Positions 9,124 through 18,420 of a stretch of 27,226 nucleotides of DNA are shown in pieces; the stretch's first letter is position 1; every line of letters starts with the position of its first letter. The notes beneath the pieces were generated by a model. That model worked only from the letters and a program-made list of their open reading frames with translations. It did no database searches and was not told the DNA's origin. The stretch spans positions 1 to 27,226 of IMG/VR virus record IMGVR_UViG_3300025860_000072. One strand, given 5' to 3'. Source of the DNA: a virus (Duplodnaviria > Caudoviricetes). A program made the position numbers and the translations under genes.

Positions 9124-10824
9124 TTAACGAGTAATGCCTAATTTTTCAAAAAAGGAACGAATACTGTTACCTGCATCTGTTCCTTGTGTCCCTAGTTGTC
9201 TTGTGTTGCTATTAGATTGTGTACTTGCAGCTCCATCAAGTAATCGTGTAGCCTCAGACGCTGCAGTAGGTAATAGATTATCAGCATCAGACGGTCGGAT
9301 AGGTACACGCTTAGAACCCCCAGAAGTTGTTGGATTATTTTGACGACTTAAATCTTGAATATGTTCAGGAGTAATTATATTACGTAAAGCTTTTAATTCT
9401 TTTTGGTACTTTTTCTCAAGAGCTTCAGGCACTTTAGCATTAGGATTTCGTTTAATCTTTTGACGTTCCTTTGCAACTTTTGTAAATGAATCCAATTGAC
9501 GATTACGTTGTTTGAGTTTGTTTTTATTTATTTGTGTTTTTTCAAGTGTACGATTGTACACAGTTTCTTCAAAAAACCGATTAAATACCTCATTTGTATT
9601 GTTTTGTGCAATACCATCACCAAAAGCAAGAGCACCATTTTTACCAAAGAAATATCCATCATCTTCTAATGAAGAAATTCGAATGACTTCAGCAGCTTTA
9701 GCTAATGTAGTACTATTGTCTTCAGCTACTTTTTTGATGGCAGCTGTAAGTTCATTACCAGATAGTTTACCTGCTTGAGTGCCCTGTAAAGCAGCAGCTA
9801 GATACCCAGTAGGATCTGATTCTGCATTTTGAGCACCAATAACAGCACGACTAAACGGACTAGCCTCTTCAACTTTAGCTAATGCAGCATTTGAGTTATT
9901 TATAGCAGCTGTAATGTCGATATCATCAACATCGGTTAAGCCAGGGTTCAAACGTTTGTACAGTTCACTATCTGGGTTAGCAAAAGCATCAGCAATCTTC
10001 TGGTTCTCAGTAGTAATCTGTGCAGATGTAAGTCCTGTAGTGTCACGATTTGCAATAAAATCACTAACCTGTGTTTGTGTTAGAATTGTATTATTTGCTG
10101 TAATACTACGGATAAAATCATTTGTACCTTGATCAATATTGTGTTGGTTAACTGCCTTAACACTTGCATCTCCAGTAGCACCTGATGCAGTTAATGGTGC
10201 ACCAGATTGACCAAAATTATCGAGTTGTTTTTGTGTAAGATTAGACACTGTAGTATCAAAATCATTTAAAGCAGTCTGGAATGAGGATACACGAGGGGAT
10301 CCATCTAAATTTGTAACACCATTAGCTAGATTATCTTGACGAACTGCCGCTACTAAACGTTGTCGTTGTTGGGCTTGTTTAGTTGCATCTTGGCCTTGTT
10401 GGAATTCAAGAGCTGTACGACCCTCTGAAGCATCAGCACGCCCACTGGCAGCCAATGTAGAAGCAGCAGAAGCTCTTGCACTATTAGCTTGGGCACCAGT
10501 CAAATCTATATTTGCGCGATCCTGCTCAAAACCAAGGACTGTACCACGAAGCTCTGCAATACGCTTAGTCATACCTACAGATAGGTTCTTCCCATCAAAT
10601 GAGCCAGTATCAAGAAAACTTGCGAGATCCTCTTCAGAGCCTAGCTGTGCTATCTCGCCTGCTAACGCAATATCATTTTTTTCCTTCTGACCTGTATCCA
10701 GATCTTTTAGGATTGAAGTTGCAGTGTTGAAGCCTCGGTCTAGTGTTTTTGCTGACTCAATGGCAAGATTATTACTCGCAGAGAAGTTAGGTGCAGCAAT
10801 CTGTTTTACTTGTAATTGGGACAT
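9124..10824 (-). CDS. Virion ejection protein, N4 gp51-like (566 aa)
   Basis: Immediately upstream of vRNAP; N-terminus MSQLQVKQIAAPNFS resembles gp51-family starts; Ala/Gln/Asn-rich, no Cys; SD TAAGGA. Confidence 0.75.
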   Translation of the reverse strand: MSQLQVKQIAAPNFSASNNLAIESAKTLDRGFNTATSILKDLDTGQKEKNDIALAGEIAQLGSEEDLASFLDTGSFDGKNLSVGMTKRIAELRGTVLGFEQDRANIDLTGAQANSARASAASTLAASGRADASEGRTALEFQQGQDATKQAQQRQRLVAAVRQDNLANGVTNLDGSPRVSSFQTALNDFDTTVSNLTQKQLDNFGQSGAPLTASGATGDASVKAVNQHNIDQGTNDFIRSITANNTILTQTQVSDFIANRDTTGLTSAQITTENQKIADAFANPDSELYKRLNPGLTDVDDIDITAAINNSNAALAKVEEASPFSRAVIGAQNAESDPTGYLAAALQGTQAGKLSGNELTAAIKKVAEDNSTTLAKAAEVIRISSLEDDGYFFGKNGALAFGDGIAQNNTNEVFNRFFEETVYNRTLEKTQINKNKLKQRNRQLDSFTKVAKERQKIKRNPNAKVPEALEKKYQKELKALRNIITPEHIQDLSRQNNPTTSGGSKRVPIRPSDADNLLPTAASEATRLLDGAASTQSNSNTRQLGTQGTDAGNSIRSFFEKLGITR

Positions 10825-10835
10825 AGGGATATTCC

Positions 10836-11255
10836 TTATATGCTACGCAGTTTAATAGCTTCTGCTGCAGATTCACGAGTATTGCCCATAGCTGTCGCAC
10901 GAGATTCTAGTTTGTCTGCTAAAGACCCGTTAAAAGCTTGACGCTCATTAAATAGATTGGTCTCAAAAGCACGAGACTGCAGATCAAACTGGTCTTGGGC
11001 CAACTTACTCTGCTTGAATGAGTTAATGATTGCGCCAATGGACTGTACAGCACCGAAGGCTGCACCAATACCTTTGAAGTTTAAGGAGTTATCTTTATTC
11101 TTAAAAATCCCTGATAGTCCAGCCTTGGCTCCACCACCTTCTAGGAAGTTTGTATTAACATCCCCTCGTGGGGTAAAAGGGCTATTGACTTTCGATTGTG
11201 AATAGTCACGAATAGCCAATTGTTTTGTGTCATCTTGTTCATCTGAAAAACTCAT
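10836..11255 (-). CDS. Small virion ejection protein, N4 gp52-like (139 aa)
   Basis: Gly/Ala hydrophobic segment (GIGAAFGAVQSIGAII) followed by a helical segment SKLAQDQF...LESRA; gene order; SD GAGGAG. Confidence 0.8.
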   Translation of the reverse strand: MSFSDEQDDTKQLAIRDYSQSKVNSPFTPRGDVNTNFLEGGGAKAGLSGIFKNKDNSLNFKGIGAAFGAVQSIGAIINSFKQSKLAQDQFDLQSRAFETNLFNERQAFNGSLADKLESRATAMGNTRESAAEAIKLRSI

Positions 11256-11321
11256 AATTCTAAACTCCTCGTGTTAATTTTACCTGTAGTACGAAAAAGT
11301 AAAAAAGACAATTCATATTAT

Positions 11322-13448
11322 CTATACCAAATCAGGAAGTGTTAGGTTTAATGTTGCAAAATCTCGGATCATGTTATGGTCAATTTGTGCAATGTCAGTC
11401 CCAGTCAGTAATGTACGTTGTAAAAATACACTAGGAGTTTCTGGAGTAAACGCAGAAGCTGAACCAATATTACTATTAGCTGGGTCTGTTAAATACAACG
11501 TAGCGTAGAAACTGTTACCACCTAAACCTAGTTCTTCGGTAAGCTCCTCAATACGTGTAACCTGTTCCTCATAGTTTTCTCTAGTTATGTCTAGTTGAGC
11601 CATAAGTTCACTGGCTTCACTTTGTACAAAATCTGAATACGAAGAGCTTAGAGCGTTTGTCATTTTCAAAAGATTTTCAGCTCTTAGCATACTCCCCCAG
11701 TCAATTCCTTTAAATCCTCCAGCAGAGAAATCAGCACTCATCACTATAGTGCCAACAATTGCAGCTACAATCATCCCCAACTCATCACCAAATACTTCTA
11801 CTGCTGCTTTGGTTACAATGTTAGCAACCACTAGACCGGCTACAGCATTTACAGCAGCGCCTATTACCAAAGCAGCAGTACCAGAAGCACCAAGTGCTGT
11901 GCCGATTGCTAAGTTTGATCCTAGAATACCTCCACCAGCCAAGGATAACCCTCCAGTGTAGAAGGCAACAATTACAGAGAGTATTGTCAAAACAATCGCA
12001 AAAGCACCTCGTTGGTACCATTTCTGTTTAACTACAATATATGAGTTAATTACTAAAAGACTGTTACTACCTACTAAATTAGCCGAGTCTTTTACAGAAA
12101 GTTTTCGTAGAACTTTATCCGTCAGAGGTAAGATTAAACCAGAAGGTTCAGGATCTACTAAGGCATCCGTTAAAGCAATAACAATATTCTCATTACCATA
12201 AATGTGATTGATGTAATTGAACCCAATCACGTGGAGTATGTCCTGCTCTGTTGCTGTTTTTTGATGAGTAATCTTAACCCTGCCGGTCTCATTTAGATTA
12301 AGATAATCGAAGGGGTCAGTTAAAACCTCTACTGTAGTGTCTCCTATTTTTCCTGAAATCGTTACAGTTTCTTTTATTATCGTAGTCCAAACATATTCTG
12401 TATGTATTGTAGTAAAGTTAGGTAGACTTTCATATGAGTTGAAGTTGAGTTTAGTGAATGGAACTTCTTTAGGTGTGCCTGCTATTGTACTGGGGTATGC
12501 GGCAATCCATAAGTCCCAGTAAGCCAAGGAAGGAAACGTGAAGTTTGTCTTAGTGTAGAGGTCAAGAAAATAGTGATATATATATTTCTTACTTGAATGA
12601 TCTGAATCATTAACAGATATCCCGTTAAGCATGTATATGTAATCCATATCTCCTATATCTGCATTGGCTTCAATTTGGTCAAGCAACACCTCAATATCAC
12701 TACCACCTGTACTTTTTTTATAGGCAGCAGTTATGCCAGGATACTCTGTAGAAAAATCAGCATGACGTATGGATTTGTTATCAACTCTTAGGTTTATAAT
12801 TGGGTAGTAATCATCCTCAAATATTGCGTTGTATCCTGCTAAATACTCAGCGTAATTTGGATCTGTGATCAATAACTCATCATAAGTCACAACCATTACA
12901 CCACCTATGTAAGTGTAGTCGCTTACGTATAGAGCGTCTAAATCATAACTATCGGTGGCATAGTAAGTATTAACTGGGCCACCATCGTATGTAATTACCC
13001 CTGAACCAGTTCTCCCAGGTATACCGGGCCAGTAGTAGTTCATTGACCAGTATGCTTTAAATGCTGCATCAGAAACACCTGAAAACAGTTCAGCAGTAAA
13101 CAAAAAAGGGTTAAACTTCCCTATGGTTTTATTTGTGCCTTCAGGTCTGAACACAATATCGGTAGCGTGATCCACAATAAGTAGAGGATTAATATCCTCC
13201 CTAAAAAGGTACACATTGTCAATATACATCTGCCCTTCTGGGTAATTGGTTTTTGCCCAAGTATAGTAATTCTTTTGAGTAGTTGAGGGATTTTTCTGCC
13301 GAAATGTTGTGACAAATGAAGCAAGATCATGCCCACTTGTCACTGCATTTTGTAACCCGATTTTATACAAATCGGGTGCATTTTCACCAGCTAAATTGTA
13401 AATAGTAGATGCAACATACGTGGTGTATTTGCTACTAAAAATTCCCAT
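11322..13448 (-). CDS. N4 gp53-like virion protein (probable tail plug with C-terminal membrane-inserting segments), 708 aa
   Basis: Starts MGIFSSKYTTYVASTIYNLAG; VVKQKWYQRGAF followed by long hydrophobic Gly/Ala helices; ends FLQRTLLTGTDIA...NLTLP. All three match the recalled gp53 family pattern. Confidence 0.85.
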   Translation of the reverse strand: MGIFSSKYTTYVASTIYNLAGENAPDLYKIGLQNAVTSGHDLASFVTTFRQKNPSTTQKNYYTWAKTNYPEGQMYIDNVYLFREDINPLLIVDHATDIVFRPEGTNKTIGKFNPFLFTAELFSGVSDAAFKAYWSMNYYWPGIPGRTGSGVITYDGGPVNTYYATDSYDLDALYVSDYTYIGGVMVVTYDELLITDPNYAEYLAGYNAIFEDDYYPIINLRVDNKSIRHADFSTEYPGITAAYKKSTGGSDIEVLLDQIEANADIGDMDYIYMLNGISVNDSDHSSKKYIYHYFLDLYTKTNFTFPSLAYWDLWIAAYPSTIAGTPKEVPFTKLNFNSYESLPNFTTIHTEYVWTTIIKETVTISGKIGDTTVEVLTDPFDYLNLNETGRVKITHQKTATEQDILHVIGFNYINHIYGNENIVIALTDALVDPEPSGLILPLTDKVLRKLSVKDSANLVGSNSLLVINSYIVVKQKWYQRGAFAIVLTILSVIVAFYTGGLSLAGGGILGSNLAIGTALGASGTAALVIGAAVNAVAGLVVANIVTKAAVEVFGDELGMIVAAIVGTIVMSADFSAGGFKGIDWGSMLRAENLLKMTNALSSSYSDFVQSEASELMAQLDITRENYEEQVTRIEELTEELGLGGNSFYATLYLTDPANSNIGSASAFTPETPSVFLQRTLLTGTDIAQIDHNMIRDFATLNLTLPDLV

Positions 13449-13468
13449 AGAAAGTCACCTTTTTGGTA

Positions 13469-14746
13469 TTATGGATTAACAGTTCCTAGGTCATTGTTTA
13501 CACGGATCTTGGCCATTACTTTATCCACGGTGGCGTTATTTAGTTCGACTGGGATGGTTAAACCTTCATCTATGTTTTTCTGAATTATCCAACCATCTAG
13601 GAACATCTTAGCTGATTTGTATTCAGCATCCCGTTGGTATGAAGTAATCTGTTGACCGTACAATTCTTTCTGTTTCCCAATAGAACCTACAACGGTGGTA
13701 GTATCTGTTCGGGTGTCTAGTGTCTTAGCCCGTTCACTTTCAAGCTGTTCAGCTAGTACGCCGCTTTGGCGTCCAACAATCCCAGCAACAGCAGTAATTC
13801 CATCAGTACGTGTATCCATGGTTTGTCCACGTTGTACTTCTGTCTGTTCACCAACTAACGCTACTTGTGCTGGCAACTGAGTATCTAACTTATACTGTTC
13901 TTGTGATTTTTGGATTGGTAACAACTGTGTCAAATTAAACTGAGAAATAGCTTCTTCTGTAACTAATGTTGTGGCTAGATTATACGCAGCAATGTCACGT
14001 TGAACCGGTAGTATATCAGTTAGTTGGAAAGCATCCAACGCAACCTGTGCAGGCATCACAGAAGCTACTTGGTAATCAGTAACAGCTACATTAGAAGGCA
14101 TGACTGTGTTTAGATTATAGTTAATTGTGGCAAGTTCTGCAGGCATTAAACTCTCAACCCGGAATGCTTCACCTACTGTTTTGGCTTCAGTCAATGAAAT
14201 TTCACCATCAATCTGTGCCAATTTAAGTTTAGTAACACTGAATTGTGCAGCAGAATTCTGCATATCAAATGTGAGTTTATTGGTTTCAACTTTTGAGCGT
14301 TCAAGATCTATCAATGCTGTGACAACACCAATCTCAGCAGCACGAGCTTGCATCTGTGCTGTAATTGAGTCCCAACGAGCTTTATCTTTGTTCAGTAGAA
14401 ATTGGGTGGAATTAGCGAGAACGCTTGTCATAACGTCTGTGTATACTTTAGCGTATTGATCACCAGATATACGGTTGTTTTTGAATTCACGATCAATATG
14501 TAAATCGACTGAGGCCATCAACGTATCAAATACACCGGCGCCATCTAAATCTTTTTCTGTTAGTTGGGCCAGAGTAACTGTCTCAACCGTTTGATAAATC
14601 TCTGAAGTTATATCCGCAACATAATTAAAATCAGCACCCGACAGATCCACCGTTGGTGGTACTGGTGCATTTGCTGTGAGGGAGGTGTACAAAGCATTAG
14701 CTACTGTGTCTGCTTCGCTTCCATCATGTAAATCTATATGTGCCAT
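13469..14746 (-). CDS. N4 gp54-like structural protein (probable tail tube), 425 aa, with internal repeats
   Basis: Motifs GAGVFDTLMASV..H...EFKNNRISGDQYAKVY and GSIGKQKELYGQQITSYQRDAE; gene order. Confidence 0.85.
   Translation of the reverse strand: MAHIDLHDGSEADTVANALYTSLTANAPVPPTVDLSGADFNYVADITSEIYQTVETVTLAQLTEKDLDGAGVFDTLMASVDLHIDREFKNNRISGDQYAKVYTDVMTSVLANSTQFLLNKDKARWDSITAQMQARAAEIGVVTALIDLERSKVETNKLTFDMQNSAAQFSVTKLKLAQIDGEISLTEAKTVGEAFRVESLMPAELATINYNLNTVMPSNVAVTDYQVASVMPAQVALDAFQLTDILPVQRDIAAYNLATTLVTEEAISQFNLTQLLPIQKSQEQYKLDTQLPAQVALVGEQTEVQRGQTMDTRTDGITAVAGIVGRQSGVLAEQLESERAKTLDTRTDTTTVVGSIGKQKELYGQQITSYQRDAEYKSAKMFLDGWIIQKNIDEGLTIPVELNNATVDKVMAKIRVNNDLGTVNP
13850..14164 (-). repeat. 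Seven tandem 15-aa (45-nt) degenerate coding repeats within the gp54-like gene
   Basis: Aromatic residues at aa 195, 210, 225, 240, 255, 270 and 285; Pro at 202, 217, 232, 247, 277 and 292. Confidence 0.9.
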
Positions 14747-14772
14747 TGTACATCTCTCTCATTAGTTATAAT

Positions 14773-15594
14773 TTATTCGTTACTTATAGCACCTGAAGCG
14801 GCTTGGCGAGAGGCCAATGCACTACGCTCACTATCAGACAATGGAGGCAACACTTCGATTGAGAATTTAGAAATCAATGTTGTCTTGTATTGCTTAACGC
14901 CAAACTGACCACCTTTTTTCTCTTTACGAAGAACGAACTTCATTTCACGTAGGCGATCAAGCAAGCATTGCTGGATGTGGTAACCTTCTTCAGATTCATC
15001 ACCATAAGGAATATACTTGGAAACTTTACCAATATATTTACCAACAACAGTCTGAATTGAGCCAGTCAACTGAGAATCTGCAGGATCTAGGTTAACAATT
15101 CGTACCCGAACCAAAGCAAGAGCTTTTGCACGTACAACCTGACGACACAATACTGGGTCAGAGATTTTGTTGGCATCCATCAATACCAACTCAGCGTTGG
15201 TGGGTGGGCCTTTTGGTTTTGGTTGTTTTGGGATCTCTGGGATATCATCCATCTTACTTGGAGCATCATCAACAGGGCCAGCAGTTGCGGTAGCTGTGGA
15301 TAGTGAAACAACAGAAGTAGTAGAGTTATCTATCTCAGAAGTTGAGGGGGAAGTAGCAATATCACTAAGATTCGTAGGAGCATCTTCTTTAGATGCTTCA
15401 TCGCCACCAGAAGTTGACATGGAGTCCATAAGTTTCAAAGCATCAATGATTTTCTTTTTAAGACTATCAACACCGGAATTACCTGAAAATGTGAGTTTTA
15501 GTTCTGTTGCGAGTTCACGAATAGCAACAATATCGGTCACAGCATTAACGCGATCAATCTTATCTTGTAGTGTTAGGTTTTGAGAATTATCCAT
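14773..15594 (-). CDS. N4 gp55-like conserved protein (273 aa)
   Basis: C-terminal ALVRVRIVNLDP...KYIPYG....EGYHI...FSIEVLPPLS.SE.SALA..QAA pattern; N-terminal helical domain and Ser/Thr/Pro-rich linker; directly downstream of the capsid gene. Confidence 0.85.
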   Translation of the reverse strand: MDNSQNLTLQDKIDRVNAVTDIVAIRELATELKLTFSGNSGVDSLKKKIIDALKLMDSMSTSGGDEASKEDAPTNLSDIATSPSTSEIDNSTTSVVSLSTATATAGPVDDAPSKMDDIPEIPKQPKPKGPPTNAELVLMDANKISDPVLCRQVVRAKALALVRVRIVNLDPADSQLTGSIQTVVGKYIGKVSKYIPYGDESEEGYHIQQCLLDRLREMKFVLRKEKKGGQFGVKQYKTTLISKFSIEVLPPLSDSERSALASRQAASGAISNE

Positions 15595-15620
15595 TGCAAA
15601 TCTTTCATGTTGGATTTCTA

Positions 15621-15651
15621 TTTATAAGAAAGGGGGCCGGTTGGCCCCCTT
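15621..15651 (-). terminator. Rho-independent terminator after the major capsid gene
   Basis: AAGGGGGCC-AACC-GGCCCCCTT (15651-15630) followed by TCTTAT on the minus strand, about 23 nt after the capsid stop. Confidence 0.85.
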
Positions 15652-15674
15652 AATTGAGTTAGTTATTCTAGATC

Positions 15675-17117
15675 TTACTCAGGAGCAACTGTTTTTACCA
15701 AACCAATACGTTCAGAACGTAGGCTGATGAAGCCGTGGTAGAAGGTAATGCTTGAGAAGCCAATCTTACCATAAGGATCCGATACAGTTGCCATATCAGC
15801 ACCAGGCTTCTTAACAATAATCTTAAACTTCTGCTTACCGTTCTTCGCGCCAGAGCTTTGAAGACCGACAGTAGCAAAAGAAGCATCACCAACAACCAAC
15901 ATCGGATAAACGTTATAACGTCCACCAGATTCTGCGTTACCTGGGTTTGTGCCCACGTCAGCGCCAGCACCTTCCCAGTGCATCATATTTGGAACGATGA
16001 TAATGCGGAAGTCACCGACAGAACCAATTTCACCATTCAAGATTGTGGCTGCATCTGCATACTTACGAATAGGTACGAATGCTGCATTACCAAGACCATC
16101 AACCATGTTTTCAACAGTAATCTGAAGCTCAGAACCAATGTAAAGCAAACGAGAAGCATTAACAGTCATTGTGTCTGTCATCCGTGAACCTTTGATCACT
16201 TTCGTGTTCTTAGGAGTACGGTTGTCATCCAGAGTAATACTCAAACGTTTTAGGTCAGAGTAGTCAACAGTTGAGATGTTTGCACCTTCACCTGTAACTT
16301 CTTTAGTATTGGTAGCAATACCACCAAACACGATAGTACCAGCAGCGTTAAGCAAATCAATCTGCAATAGATCTTCAGTGATTTCATTCGCACCAGCCAA
16401 CAGTTCACGAGACATGTGACCGTAAAGCTCACTATCAGTATCAAAAGTCAACGAGTCTTCAGTAAATTCAGTGAAGAAACCATGTTCAGCAAGTGTACCA
16501 GAACGTTCGATACGAGAGAAGCCAACGCGGTTAACACGACCACCTTCTTCGTTCATTGTCGGCATACGACCAGCGATTGTACCAACATCTTTAGAAGAGC
16601 CGTACATATTACCGCCAGCTTGAAGCTTCACAGCACCAATATTTTCTGCAACAACCAAATCAGCTTTCGCTTCAGTAAGGTACTTAGCCTGTAGAGCATT
16701 AACAGTAACTGACATGAAACCAGCACCAGAAACACCAGAGTCATTGGCACCAAGAGTAGCAACTAAGGTTGAACCAACATTATCATCAATGTTGACTTTA
16801 GCTGAAGCACCATCAGCGTTTGCAACTTCCATAACCAATGCAGGAAATGTTACAAAGTATTCTGTCAACGACATAGTTGCACCAGCAGCATCCAAACCTT
16901 GGTCAGAAACGTTACGGTCATCCAAAAGAGGAACGTAGTAGTAAACCTTCAGCTCTTTACCATAATGCTTTGGCATTGAACGGACATCAGCTAGAGGTGA
17001 GAAGAACGACTGTTCAACAGCATCAATGAGCGAACGTCGATCCCAGTAAGAAGTGTTGTACTGTGTTCCCATTGTTGACGGGGAGCCACCAGCAGGATCA
17101 TTATATAACTGTGTCAT
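15675..17117 (-). CDS. Major capsid protein, N4 gp56 family (480 aa)
   Basis: YNDP, MPKHYGK.LKVYYYVPLLDDRNV.DQGLDA, GNMYGSSKD, EGGRVNRVGF, NGEIGSV, DPYG..GFSSI and terminal VKTVAP motifs; SD GAAAGGA. Confidence 0.96.
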   Translation of the reverse strand: MTQLYNDPAGGSPSTMGTQYNTSYWDRRSLIDAVEQSFFSPLADVRSMPKHYGKELKVYYYVPLLDDRNVSDQGLDAAGATMSLTEYFVTFPALVMEVANADGASAKVNIDDNVGSTLVATLGANDSGVSGAGFMSVTVNALQAKYLTEAKADLVVAENIGAVKLQAGGNMYGSSKDVGTIAGRMPTMNEEGGRVNRVGFSRIERSGTLAEHGFFTEFTEDSLTFDTDSELYGHMSRELLAGANEITEDLLQIDLLNAAGTIVFGGIATNTKEVTGEGANISTVDYSDLKRLSITLDDNRTPKNTKVIKGSRMTDTMTVNASRLLYIGSELQITVENMVDGLGNAAFVPIRKYADAATILNGEIGSVGDFRIIIVPNMMHWEGAGADVGTNPGNAESGGRYNVYPMLVVGDASFATVGLQSSGAKNGKQKFKIIVKKPGADMATVSDPYGKIGFSSITFYHGFISLRSERIGLVKTVAPE

Positions 17118-17151
17118 GAGGAATTCCTTTCATTCTCTCAAGTGGATTACT

Positions 17152-18402
17152 TTAGCCTGGATCTCCGATAGCTAACATTTGCTCGTCGGTCATGCTATTA
17201 TAATCCGGTGTGTCGTCCTTTCCAGGATTGGAAGGGGTGCGACTTTGGGGTTGTGAAGAGAGACTAGGATTGGGCAACGCCGTCTTCTGCTTGGCTGCCT
17301 TCCGTGGGCCAGTGTCAACAATCTTGGCTTTTACTTTAGCGGGATCGGCTGAGTTGCCTTGGTCTGGTACAGAGTTAAAGTCACCACGGTTTGTCATTAG
17401 TTGTCCAACCATTTTGTACGCTTGTATAAACGATACGTTAGTTAGTTTGCCGACATTACGCTGGTAATTCACCTCATTGTTAACTTTCTCATAGATCCCA
17501 TTATCACGTTGGTCAAGTAAACTTGTGAATAAAGTTGGATCTTCTCGTAAAGCTTCTTTAGATTCATCGTCCCAACTTGAGACAACTTCATCAATAAATC
17601 CTTGGCCACCTTCACGATCTTGAGTTGCTGTGATGGCATCTGAAAATGCTAAAGTCTTTGCATCTCCTTGATAATTAGGGTTTTTATAATTATCAGCACC
17701 TTCCATATCCAAATCAATTGGATCAATTTTATGAGAGGACAACAACTTTTTAATTGCTGCAGGATCACCTTTGTCGAGATCAATCAAGTAACTTAACTTA
17801 TTTACATCATTGATACCATGTTGAGTTAACATCTGATTTAACTGACGCATTGGCTTCATTTCTGCCAAACGACGGGAGTAGTTAACACCCATCTGCATCA
17901 TACGAACAACATCCTCAGGATCTTTAACTTCCATGTCTTTGCCATCTGCTTTGAACTTTGCAGTAACTTTGTCATAGAATGATTGAACATCCCCAGAAGG
18001 AGCTGCAACCTCTTGAGGTTTTTCTTCCTTCTTTTTTGGTTCTATTTTTTTGACATCAACAGCAGGTGCCTTATCATCCGGATCATGGCCTTCCTCTGGC
18101 GTTGGATCTTCTTCTGTTTTTTGTTGTTCCGGCTCCAATGTGCCTTCTTCACCTGTTGGGGTGTCAGACCCATCGGGTTGTTCTGGATCTTGGTCGGCAG
18201 GATCTTTCGGATCAGCTTCCTGATTGTCTTCAGCAGCACTAGGATCTTCCTCCTCTGAGGTAGTAGTTTCTGGCTCCTGGGATTCATATACAGGTGCTTG
18301 ATTTTCGGCAGCCTGCATTTCATCGACCTGTTCTGGTGTCAGAGCCATTAACTCATCATCAGTAAGAGAATCGAATGTTTTTACGACAGTATCATCTGGC
18401 AT
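17152..18402 (-). CDS. N4 gp57-like protein (often annotated tape measure; scaffold-like), 416 aa
   Basis: Acidic disordered N-terminal third; FKADGKDMEV, MMQMGVNYSRR, LSYLIDLDKGDPAAIKKL motifs; C-terminal SMTDEQ; upstream of the capsid gene. Confidence 0.85.
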   Translation of the reverse strand: MPDDTVVKTFDSLTDDELMALTPEQVDEMQAAENQAPVYESQEPETTTSEEEDPSAAEDNQEADPKDPADQDPEQPDGSDTPTGEEGTLEPEQQKTEEDPTPEEGHDPDDKAPAVDVKKIEPKKKEEKPQEVAAPSGDVQSFYDKVTAKFKADGKDMEVKDPEDVVRMMQMGVNYSRRLAEMKPMRQLNQMLTQHGINDVNKLSYLIDLDKGDPAAIKKLLSSHKIDPIDLDMEGADNYKNPNYQGDAKTLAFSDAITATQDREGGQGFIDEVVSSWDDESKEALREDPTLFTSLLDQRDNGIYEKVNNEVNYQRNVGKLTNVSFIQAYKMVGQLMTNRGDFNSVPDQGNSADPAKVKAKIVDTGPRKAAKQKTALPNPSLSSQPQSRTPSNPGKDDTPDYNSMTDEQMLAIGDPG

Positions 18403-18420
18403 GATTGTTATCCTTTCAGG

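Noticed and set aside
15675-15720. Programmed frameshift or read-through extension of the capsid protein
   Set aside because: There is no slippery heptamer near the TAA stop, and a terminator follows closely.
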